A stretch of 61,271 nucleotides of DNA, counting the filler, from Vannella sp. (lineage: Eukaryota), in the NCBI GenBank assembly GCA_023345925.1. It is 9 parts of 9 records of this genome, joined end to end, with 100 filler letters (N's around TTAATTAATTAA, not from the genome) between each part and the next. Parts side by side here need not be neighbours in the genome. Positions count along the whole stretch, not along the records: positions 51,818 to 58,044 come from JAJQQN010000496.1; positions 58,145 to 61,271 come from JAJQQN010000829.1; 7 more parts are not named here. One strand, given 5' to 3'. Under the pieces are notes generated by a model. That model had not been told where the DNA came from and did not search any database. It worked only from the letters and a program-made list of their open reading frames with translations. The translations under genes were made by a program, and so were the position numbers. Each line of letters begins with the position of its first letter. The first letter of the stretch is position 1. Below, one piece after another: positions 51,818 through 61,271 of the stretch.

Positions 51818-53797
51818 CGATTGGACCCAATAAGCTTCACAAGTGCCAGCACCAGTGTGACACGAAGCTCTGGCTCTGAGGTAAGAAGACCCCCAATAGT
51901 CTTAGCCAGATGTTTAAACTGAACGGCTACATCCGAAGGAGCCGTGCAAAATGCCGGAAGCAGTTCCCATACTTGCGTGTAGAGGACGCGGTTGTGCTTC
52001 TCAGCAAAGACATCTCCTTGCTTCTCTGCCAGAGAAATTGAGGCTCTCAATTGGTTGATGAGTGGCATGACGTAGGTTCCGAAAAACGCCAGAGGTGCTC
52101 CTTCGACACCTTTGACCAAAACAGAGAGCATCCACTCCCGGCGGCCTTCAGATGCCAGTGGGAGGTCGAACTGCAGTGGCAGAACAGAGAGTACAGCAGC
52201 AGGCCCGAATGTGCGAATAGCTGTGGAGAGTGCTTGGCTGGCAACAGAATGATAGCGAGCAGCTGCGTCCTTGGCAAACTGCTCCAAGGCGAGCAGAGTT
52301 GGCTTCACCTGCTCAAACGCAGATGGCCCCAGTCGTTGGAAGAAGGCCACATGAAGCGCCAAGACGAATCCCCACGCTTGCTCATATTGAAAGGACAACC
52401 CAGCGCGCATAGCCTCTGCTAACTGTGACAGAGGACCAGGGAATTGCGCTAAAAGAGTCCCAGAAGGAAGTGGGGCGGCCAGCATTGTCTCCAATGCAGT
52501 GAAAATGGGCTCAAAGCAAGCGTACTTGCAAATGAGAGCCTGACTGAGAAGGTTCGACACCGAATTGGGAAGCTGATTCGCTGCTGTGGCCGGCGCCAAC
52601 TCTCCCAGAAGTGCCAGAGCTTGGACAATCGCATCCGCATAGGCTTTAACCGACGCTGGCTCCTGTTCTTCTGGCTTGATTGCTTCTAGCTCGGGGATGA
52701 TGCGGCTACACAGAGTTAGAAGGTACTGGGTGCTCCCAGAGTGGAGAGACTCACGTTACTGTGGCCTGGGGAATGGGAGAAGGGCGACATTCGAAAGCAG
52801 AGTGGAAGAGCATGTAGCCCTGAGTCCTCACAAAGTTAGGCTGCGACTTCATATGAAGGAGGACTCCATCGAATAAGTCTGACAGCAGGCCGCTGGGCTG
52901 ATAGGCCAAGAGGGGCGTGAGCATACTGAAGAGGTAAGAAAGCCCTTTCTTCTTCTCCTCTGCGGCTTGCTTGCCAGCATTGGTGGTGATAGAAAGCTGT
53001 CCAGAGAGGAACTTGCCGAGAATCTTCGCTGCATTGGCGCCCGTTCTCACTCCAGAAGGGTGGTTGAACAGGCAAACCAAAGTGGTGTGAGCCTCCTTCC
53101 TCACCTTCGCTCGGGGGTCTATTCCGAGAGCTAATAGGCTGTGAAACAGTGGTACCAATGCAGGGGCACTCTTGGACCATGCAGCACCACTTGATACACG
53201 CTCTGCAGTGATCTTGAGAACCTCTCCTGCGCACTTCAGCGTCTAGACCCGAACATATCAGTAATCTGTCTTGCTAGATGCATGGTATCCCTCGTGATAC
53301 CTTCCCTCAACGCCAAGAACGAAGTGGAAGAGGTCTGTGATCAGGTGATCAGTGAGAGGGAAGCTTACATTGACTAGGAGCAAGGAGACCTCGTAGTACT
53401 TGGTGAAAGACTGTTGAAAAAGAGAAGCGAGCTCCCCAAACTTGGCCACCAAGATGGAAGGCGCCAACAGAGGAAGAAGAAGTCTAAGAAGGTAGAGCAT
53501 CACATCAAGCTCCCCTTGATCCCCACATTGAGGCAGAGAGGAAAGGAGTAGTGCAAAGTAAGCTGCTGGAATGGTATCACCCCCTCGATCAATGATCACA
53601 GCCGTTAGAGCCTGTGTAAGAGCGTTCGCTTGGCCCTTCTTTCCCGCAGCATGTGCGGATAGATCACGCAGAATAGCCGGTGGCTCAGTGATCTTTGAAG
53701 TCCGTGGAGTCTTTGGAAGGCTGTCTGCTGACTCAATCTCCTGCAAGGAGGCCTGAAGCGTGTCCATGGTGGTGACAGGCTTCTTCCCCTTCGCCAT
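51818..53797 (-). CDS. RRP12: RRP12 ribosome biogenesis HEAT protein, 3'-truncated
   Basis: AYFALLLSSL, DPRAKVRKEAH, and NUC173-like AIRTFGPAAVLSVLPL, REWMLSVL, QVWELLPAFCTAPSD. Confidence 0.88.
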
Positions 53798-53869
53798 CAA
53801 AGCCAACAAGAAAAGGCATTTCCCTGCCCAGATATTTGTTAGATATTTATGAAACTGCCATTTCACGCG

Positions 53870-54667
53870 ATGGCAGACCAGTTGGCGGCTTTGGAGGCTA
53901 ACTTGGCGGACTTGGTTGCTCAGAAGGCATACATTGAGGGACTTTTGGATCAAGATCCTTCGAATAAGGAGATCTTAGAGTGCTATGTGGCTGTGAAGGA
54001 CCAGGAGCAGGAGGCTAGGGAGCTTGTGCGAAGGGCGGGAAATGCTCCTCCTCCTCCAAGTAAACCCTCTCGCTTCTCTGACGAGGCGCCTCCTGTCTCT
54101 GTTCCAGCCATTCCTATGATCATGCGGTATAGTGTTGGGACTCTGTGCCGCGCAAAATGGAGCGATGACAAGCAATGGTATGATGCAGTGATCGAAGAGG
54201 TCCACGCCGCCCAGGGGACCTACACAGTACTCTTCACACAGTATGGTAACAGAGACACCGTCCCACAAGACGATATCGCCATCCTCATCACTGAACTACA
54301 GCCGAAGCAGGATCTGGTCCCCCAAGCCATCCCCGACACGCTGAGGATCGCTAAGGACGACTCCGAGGACGTTAAGGCCGCCAAGAAGAAGAAGATCCAC
54401 TCCATCAAGTCCAAGAACCGCTTCAAAGAGATGGACACAGTCACCAACTCCAAGCAATCCGACTGGAAGTCCTTCATGACGGCAGCCACCACCCACAAGC
54501 GAGGCGTCCGCCCCAACAAAGAGTCCATGTTCCGCACCCCTGACAGCGTAACAAGCCGAGTAGGAGTCGTCGGCAGCGGCCAAGGCATGACCGAGTACAA
54601 CGAGCTTCGCAAAGTGGACACCCGCCGCACCAAAGTGACGCTCTCCTTGGATAAAGAACGTCTCTGA
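53870..54667 (+). CDS. SMNDC1: SPF30/SMNDC1 Tudor-domain splicing factor
   Basis: LLDQDPSNKE, Tudor CRAKWSDDKQWYDAVI...VLFTQYGN, QSDWKSF, ESMFRTPDSVTSRVGVVGSGQGMT. Confidence 0.88.
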   Translation: MADQLAALEANLADLVAQKAYIEGLLDQDPSNKEILECYVAVKDQEQEARELVRRAGNAPPPPSKPSRFSDEAPPVSVPAIPMIMRYSVGTLCRAKWSDDKQWYDAVIEEVHAAQGTYTVLFTQYGNRDTVPQDDIAILITELQPKQDLVPQAIPDTLRIAKDDSEDVKAAKKKKIHSIKSKNRFKEMDTVTNSKQSDWKSFMTAATTHKRGVRPNKESMFRTPDSVTSRVGVVGSGQGMTEYNELRKVDTRRTKVTLSLDKERL

Positions 54668-54668
54668 G

Positions 54669-56376
54669 ATGACGCCATTGTTTATGAGGCTTCTGCCAGT
54701 GGTCGCCCTTTCGGTCTTGGCGCTCTACGCAGTCTCGGTGATTGTGCTTCACGGGCAATTGGGAGTGCTTACGAGTGGCCCGCAAGTGGTTCTGGTCTCT
54801 CGCACCTTGCCATCGGAATCGTCCACTCCTTCGAACACGAAAACGCCCAAGGCGTCTCCTTCCCCTTCGCAGGCTCCCTCACCAGACGTCAGCCTCATTC
54901 CTCAAGAAACGTGGCTGTTCCCTCTTCCAGCTGGAGTTCCTGAGGAGCATCATTGGAGGTACAAGTCCGACGATCTCTATTGGAACAAGAACGATCCTCT
55001 TTATCGCAAGTTCAAGGAGCTTAGCCCTGGTATGTCTCTTCCCCCGCCTTCTATTAAGGCCGAGATAAGTCGAGTGTGCTCTGTTCTACGTTCCAAGGGG
55101 AGAGAGAAGCTCTGCAACATGTTTGAGAAGTGTTACCCAAACACTCTCTCCACTACCACTCAGCTTCTCCACGATGGTACCACCTACTTGATCACTGGCG
55201 ATATCCCATTGATGTGGATGCGTGACTCTGCTGCTCAGGTCCAACAGTACGTCTCTTTGCTCAAGTCTGATCCGAACATTCAGATTATCGTTGAAGGTAC
55301 TCTCCTCTGAAGCTCCCTTGGCCTCTCTGACCGTTCACGTAGGCCTCATTCGACGACAGATTCAATGGATCAAGCTGGACCCCTACGGATCATCATTCCG
55401 GCTGCAACTCAGCCAGCCAGAGGCCAAGACTGTCCTTACCGAGTGGGATATCCGCTGCGGGCGTACCATTCACGTGTCTATGCATGACTACGAGGTCGAT
55501 TCTCTCTGCTACTTCCTTAGAATCTCCTACAACTACTGGAAGGAGATGGACCAATGTGCCATCTTCGAAGATAAGTGGCTAGAGGCAGCCAAGTCCATTG
55601 TCCGCACGTGGAAGGTAGAACAGAACCACGAAAGGGATTCAAGTTACACGTACCCCATCCTTCAAGGAGGTGGAAGGGGCTCTCGCACTTGCTACACGGG
55701 GATGACTTGGAGTGGCTCCCGTCCTAGCGACGATCCTTGCACATTCCACTATCTGGTACCCTCCAACATGTTCGCAGTTGTCACTCTCCGCCACCTCCAG
55801 GAGATCCTCATCGAGTGCTACCCCCAAGAGCAGGAATTCCTGCAAACGGTCAAGAAGCTCGAGAGTGAGATTGAGCAGGGAATAGCCGAGCATGCAGTTG
55901 TAGAGCATGAAGGCAAGAAGATGTATGCCTACGAAGTGGACGGGTGTGGCTCCAAGCTAATGATGGATGACGCGAATGTGCCTTCCCTTCTTTCGATGGA
56001 CTATCTCGGATTCACAACCAAGTACGACCCGGACGGCACCATCAAGAAGAATACGTATGACTTTATTCTCTCCCACGGTAACCCTCACTTCCACTCTGGC
56101 TCTGTCATCCGGGGAATTGGAAGTCCGCACACGCCGGGAAACAATGTCTGGCCCATGGCGGTCATCATGGAGGGGCTTTCCAGAAAGGATCCGAAAGACA
56201 TCAACCGAATCGTAGATATGCTTGAAGGAAGCGACGGCGGCACCCTTTTCATGCACGAGTCAGTGAACGTCGATAACGGCCATTCCTTCACCCGAACTTG
56301 GTTTGCTTGGGCGAATTCACTCTTCTCTGAGCTCATCATCAAAAATCTCGATCTAATCCAGGCTCAAAAGGGCTAA
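54669..56376 (+). CDS. GH125 (exo-alpha-1,6-mannosidase family) with N-terminal signal anchor; 1 intron
   Basis: CYPNTLSTT, ITGDIPLMWMRDS, YEVDSLCYFL, TGMTWSGSRPSDD, YAYEVDG, MDDANVPSLLS, GIGSPHT, MHES, FTRTWFAWANSLF. Start is 54669 or 54684. Confidence 0.92.
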
Positions 56377-56735
56377 AAGGTCTAAAAACAACCTTCTGGA
56401 AGACTTGTTTGCTTTTTTGTGAGGATTCACCTCCATTAGAGGGAGGCTTTGACACTCTAATCATAGTGAGCATGATGATCCATTGCTCATATCCTTGTTA
56501 ATGGTGGGCCGACGATCACCACACCTTGAAAGAGAGAAGCCAGGCCTTCAAAGCGGTCTTCCACTCCCGCCAAAGGGGATCTTAAGTGAATCTCCCTCTG
56601 TCATCTTCCAGGTGTTGTTGGGGAACTCAACCAGGAGTTCCTTAACAACGAGAATGAGTGGAAAGGAAAAACAGTTTATAAGGGAAGGCTGTCGGCACAT
56701 CAGAGAGGGCTTCAACATGATGACCCAAGCATCCT

Positions 56736-58044
56736 TCAGTTCTTCACTTTAGCAGAGTCGAGGAAGGCTTGAACAGAGGGTTGGCTGACATTCAGTTTCC
56801 CAATTTTCCCCAAGAGCTTCGAGCTTTCCTTCTCGGGCTGAAGGAGGGGCCACAACTGCTGGCAAGCTCCACAATACACATCCAAATTGAGATTTTTGAG
56901 GGTGAGGAGGCGCTCTAGGAGACGGAAAGCGCCCTTCTTACTCACAGAGAAGAAAGCAGCTTCAACGTAATGGTTCATCCGCTCTGTTGCCTCAGTGACA
57001 GTGAGGCCATTCCGCCCCTCAGACATCAGCTTTTGGCATCTTGCTAAGACTTGACTCAGCATCGCCTCATTGTAATTCCCCTTGGGGGAATCTCCGCGAA
57101 GAGCCGGCAGGGATACAAAAACGCGTGAAACAAACTTGGAAAGTTTCTGGGTCATAAGAGGAAAGTCCTCCGTGACCTCCAACAGCCCTTCCCCGATGGC
57201 ATTCACGCAATTGATGTTCAAAGGCAGTAAATAGACCTTCTTTCGCAACTCGATGAAGGTGCGATTCTTCTGTGAATCAAGGAACTCTTCTCCTTTGTCC
57301 TCGGAAGGGAAAATCTCCCAATCCTTAGTGACCGAAGCAATCTTCCGCAAGCGCCTCTTGAACTGAATCTCGGGGGACCAGTAGCATGTGCAGCGCCCTC
57401 GAGAGCTGCATTCAGGATCAAGGCATGATTTGGGGAAGCCCTGACAGCAAGGACAACTGGCAAACTCCTTCAAGTACTTCCCAGGGCTCTTGAAAGTGCC
57501 AGTCTGCCTTGCCTCTGCAACACAGATACAGACACCTCGCTGTCTGCATTGACCTCCACGGCAGCTGTAGCGGGAGCCATGACAGCAAGAACAACTGGCG
57601 GATTCGGGGAACCAGTCAAAAGTAATGTCTCCGTCTACCATCTCCTGCTCCATCACCTTATAGTCCTCCTCTCCATAGTCAGTGGGAGGCTCCATGTCGC
57701 CTCCACAAGCACAACCGCAGATACCAAGGTCATCACAAGCCGGAGAACGGTCGAAACAAGAGTAGATGTTCCCATGACAGCAGTCACAGTCAGCAAAGTC
57801 CTCATCAAAGTCTAAAATCACGTTAAACAAGGGAAGAGACCTCCCAAAAACGCTCACCTCCCGCACAGTACGAAGAACTAGGCGCAGTCGAATAAGCAGA
57901 CCAGTCCGCAGACGAAGAAGTGTACGAAGGAGTAAACGAAGGAGTCGAAGGAGTAAACGAAGGAGTGAACGAAGGAGTGAACGAAGGAGTGAACAAAGGG
58001 AACGAAGGGCTGGGAACACCGTAGCCAGAAAGGCCCGCCCCTTC
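56736..58044 (-). CDS. (FTPS)n + three 7-Cys modules + divergent MIF4G-like domain protein (5'-truncated)
   Basis: Intron 57812-57857 links an FTPS-repeat exon to three CxCCxGx4Cx4-6Cx3GxCxC modules. The C-terminal helical region (VLARCQKLM, KKGAFRLLERLLTLKNL) aligns by eye with eIF4G-type MIF4G. Confidence 0.6.
57925..57994 (-). repeat. Coding 12-bp tandem repeat (TTYACTCCTTCG)n = FTPS
   Basis: About six copies, one shortened to 9 nt. Confidence 0.9.
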
Positions 58045-58144
58045 NNNNNNNNNNNNNNNNNNNNNNNNNNNNNNNNNNNNNNNNNNNNTTAATTAATTAA
58101 NNNNNNNNNNNNNNNNNNNNNNNNNNNNNNNNNNNNNNNNNNNN
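58045..58144. other. Artificial contig linker 8
   Basis: Same spacer. Confidence 0.99.
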
Positions 58145-58216
58145 TGGTGAAGGTCCCGATCGAGTTTAGGGGCACTTTTCAACCAGGACGTGGTTTAGTG
58201 GGGCCGTGAACTCTCC

Positions 58217-60153
58217 TTGCGCTCAAAGGCCAAGCTCTCTTCCATTCCAGCAAACTTGCCCGACCCGCACAGCAAGTCCTTTCCCCCGCGATCTCCTTGG
58301 GAAGACGAGTTCACTCAAGCATCAAATAAGTTGCGTAAGAAGCCAGAGTGGACGGAGAAGGTCTTCCAAGAGGACATCCTCGCCAAGTGGAAGGAAAAAC
58401 TCGTTGCCAATGGCTTCTCCTTCTTCTGGGAGCGCCTCAAGGACGAGCTGCAGTATCTGGCATCTCTCAGCACTCCTGAAGCAGAGCCATCAAGTGTGGA
58501 TGGCGTGTGGGTGGCAGACAACGTCATCCCGAAGGACCTCCACGATCTCTTCGTCTCCCAAGTCAGGGATCAGCTTGAAGTGAAGGAGAAGGACTGGCAT
58601 CCTTCCTCAGGCGAGACTGTGGTGGATCTTGTCATCCCTCGCTGTTCTGCTTCGTCGACGGGCGAACCCCTTTCATCCTTGACGAGGAGATGTCCTCCTC
58701 TCAGATCTCTTCACAGGAGGAGTGGGAGAAGTTCTTGCGAGCTGCTGCTACCCCTTCCAGCCCTTCAGTACCTCTAGCGGACAGCCTTTCAGTCATCAAC
58801 CAAGCGAGAGACACTGCCAATGGCTCTGACTTGGAACCAGGGGATGAAGGGGAGCTCAATGAGGAAGAAGAGGTGAAGGAGGAAGAGGAGGAGGAAGAGC
58901 AAGAGGAAGAGCAAGAGGAGGAAGAAGAGGAGAAAAAAGAGAGGAAGGAGGAAGAGGAGGAGGGAGAGGAGGAAGAGCAAGAGGAGGAAGAGCGCAAGGA
59001 AAGTGGTACAGAGATGGTGCAAAGGCTTCACAAAGAGATTGAGCTCAAACTGGATGCCAAACTCCTCCATCATGATTATGAGGATCAAGAAAATGATGAA
59101 GAAGATCGCCCCATTGTGAATCCGGACAACATCCGAAAGGACAAACTCTGTGCTCATTTGGCAGACATCTTCCGTTGGCTTCCAGCTGAAGTGAAAGTGT
59201 CCCATTCCCGTGAAGTGACGTTCCAGTCGTACATCAACAATCTGCACCCTTTCAAGCATGCCGCATTGTATCAGAGCATCAGCAAGATTGCATCGCACTT
59301 CATTCCTTTGTGGGAGAAAGTCCTGGGAGACTTGGCTCACTGTGACGATAGACCGACAAGACTCATCCAAGAAGATGAGGATGGTAATGATGACGATGGT
59401 GACGAGGACGACGGTGATGAGGACGACGGTGATGAGGACGAGGGTGATGAGGACGATGGTGATGAGGTGGATTGTATTAAAGCCTTAAAGAATCGGTTCT
59501 CATCAAAACAGCAGGAGATCTTGTATCCTTTCTCACCGCCTGAGCCAAGACCAACTGTTTCCCTCGGGGGAGCAGATCTGCAAGTGATTGTGAAGATTGC
59601 TTCCATCGAGCTCACTCCCGAGAAGCCTGTTTATCGCGAGATATGGCAGATTGAAGGAGTACCAGCAGAGAGAATCATCTCCACTGGAATTTTCTACTTT
59701 GAAGAGGAGAACATCAAAGACAACTTTCTGAACTTCCGAGAAGCCATTGATGATCCTCCTGATCCCTCAACTGGACCAGAAGGATTTATCATTGGTATGG
59801 AAATGAATTGCGAACTGGGTGGTGTGCATACGAAGAAAGGAAGACTCCTCGCGTTTCCCAACACAATGCAGCACCGCATGTCTGATGTGGAGTTGAAGGA
59901 CGAAACCAAAGTGGGATTCCGAAAGATGCTGGTCTTCTGTTTGGTCGATCCCAACAAGAGAGAAGAGGTTCTTTCCACTGGCCGAGTGCAGCCTCAACAA
60001 AAAGACTGGTACCCATCTTCCAACAATACCGAGCGGCTGGACTGCCTCGAACAAGCCAAAGCTGACCGGGAGAACCTCATGTTTGCCCGAAAGTACTACG
60101 TTGTTTCGCAAAATGAGAGACTTTTCGAACGTCCATACAGCTTTAATTACTAG
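58217..60153 (+). pseudogene. DUF4246-family gene with a 1-nt frameshift near 58633 (pseudogene or assembly error)
   Basis: KKPEWTEK, KDWHPSSGETVVDLV then a frame change. Second frame has FRWLP, YINNLHP, LQVIVKIASIELTPEKP, FPNTMQHR, FCLVDP. Confidence 0.7.
59383..59466 (+). repeat. Coding 15-bp tandem repeat (GGTGAYGAGGACGAN)n = GDEDD
   Basis: About 5.5 copies inside the DUF4246 ORF. A poly-Glu tract also lies at ~58860-59000. Confidence 0.9.
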
Positions 60154-60647
60154 ACTGGCTCTGTCCTTGGATGTCAACAATCAATCTTTCAGCCATCTCA
60201 AAAGCTCCTGTTCAGCTCACTCTCCTTCATTTACCCTCTTGGCTCAACTTTCTTTAAAGAGCTTAACTTTTTCACTCCTCAAGTAGGCCCACTTGGATGC
60301 GAAGCACGTTTCAGTGAGCGGGAGCTGCCAAAGACCGACTAGACCCGACAAGAAGGTCTTCTACCAGCGCGAAAAGTTAGCTGACTACTAGAAGAGGATA
60401 TCCCCGCTCTAGACCAAGAGTCAGCTCCCTCAAAAAGAACCAAAGGTCGCGTCAGCAAACTAGGAAACCTTGTGATCCCACCTCAACCGAGGAACGACTC
60501 ATGCAACATTCAGAAAGCTATTTATCTCTGTCTAACTTAAGGTGAAGAAGCCAGCACAAGTGAGGGAGGGAGCATCATTGTACAACTCACCAGCAAGCAA
60601 ATGAAACTCTCAAGAGTAGCGAGGGACAATGAGAAAGAGAGGTCTTG

Positions 60648-61271
60648 TCACAATGTCTTTGGCTCCTGAAAAGCCCTTCTATGATGTGCAAGATGAAGAT
60701 GGCGCACCTTAGCTGGTTTGGGGCGGTCAGGCGGGCTGCCAATGGAGAGGGCACTCTTCTTTCTGCTGCGATTGGCCGAATGAGGGAGAGCTGGCTGGAA
60801 AGAGGAAATCGTTGGGGTGGATTGCTTGGCCTTATGATTGAGCCCAAGTTGCCCGTACCTATTGTCTCCAAAGACCAGAAGGCCGCCTTTCTGTGGGAAA
60901 GCCAAAGAATGGGTCCCTCCCGCAACCAGGGCGGCTATCCCTTTCAGCGAAGGGATCTGTGACGGCTTGATTTTGCTGCACTTGATCATCCTACCCAATC
61001 GGCCAGACTGATCGTCTCCCCATGACCAGACACCTCCTTCCTCATCAAGGACAAGAGTGTGATTGCATCCGCAGGAGACTGCTTGCATGCGAGGGATGTT
61101 GATTCGCTGGAGCTGATAAACATCTCCATCATAGCGCCCCAGTTGGGCTCTGTGGTTGTGTCCAGCAGAGAAGGTGCTTCCTTGCGAGTCGATGAGGACC
61201 ACTCCATCGTCGAGAGCAGCCAGGCATCGGAGAGGTCCATCAGCACGCTCTTTTGCTTGTACAAGGGTTGG
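60648..61271 (-). CDS. RCC1-repeat protein, 5'-truncated by window end
   Basis: GHNHRAQLG, VSCGCNHTLVLDEEGGVWSWGDDQSGRLG, VAGGTHSLA...VFGDNRYGQLG. Confidence 0.88.
   Translation of the reverse strand, partial: PTLVQAKERADGPLRCLAALDDGVVLIDSQGSTFSAGHNHRAQLGRYDGDVYQLQRINIPRMQAVSCGCNHTLVLDEEGGVWSWGDDQSGRLGRMIKCSKIKPSQIPSLKGIAALVAGGTHSLAFPQKGGLLVFGDNRYGQLGLNHKAKQSTPTISSFQPALPHSANRSRKKSALSIGSPPDRPKPAKVRHLHLAHHRRAFQEPKTL

Noticed and set aside
57858..58019. Amphipathic LLRS-repeat N-terminus in the ORF track
   Set aside because: Probably the wrong frame. A canonical 46-nt intron gives the FTPS-repeat frame, which is open to the contig edge.
58184..58205. tRNA A-box-like GTGGTTTAGTGG
   Set aside because: No anticodon arm, T-arm or acceptor pairing follows.

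Overview
This is eukaryotic DNA, not prokaryotic. It is a concatenation of nine separate contigs joined by eight artificial 100-nt linkers (44 N + TTAATTAATTAA + 44 N), so neighbourhoods across linkers mean nothing. The genome is very compact, with short (~40-90 nt) GT-AG introns and often only 1-150 nt between coding regions. A Roco kinase closely resembling Dictyostelium Roco4, plus RICTOR/PiaA and RasGEF, suggests an amoebozoan-like protist (inference). Genes recognised from motifs: TAF9, MCEE, Furry/Tao3, TMEM64, a PPR protein, GRAM, Sec14, HPS4, ACAD10/11, a BEACH protein, Roco, Arf, a secreted LRR-mucin, RICTOR, a MAK-like kinase, DENN, BTG/Tob, a multi-domain glycosyltransferase, CAMKK, RasGEF, ZC3H3, RRP12, SMNDC1, GH125, DUF4246, RCC1, tRNA-Leu(AAG) and a partial tRNA-Gly(GCC). 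The best leads are: (1) a spliced PIMT/PCMT-BTB fusion that could be a Cullin-3 adaptor for isoaspartate-damaged proteins, with a stop-containing in-frame intron at the domain junction; (2) LRR genes built as one repeat per 69-nt exon, one of them with duplicated intron ends; (3) an (FTPS)n / triple 7-Cys module / MIF4G-like protein; (4) an SMNDC1 stop codon only 1-16 nt before the GH125 start; (5) a perfect 79-bp inverted repeat covering the Roco start. All family calls come from motif recognition by eye and exon models were spliced manually; no searches were run.
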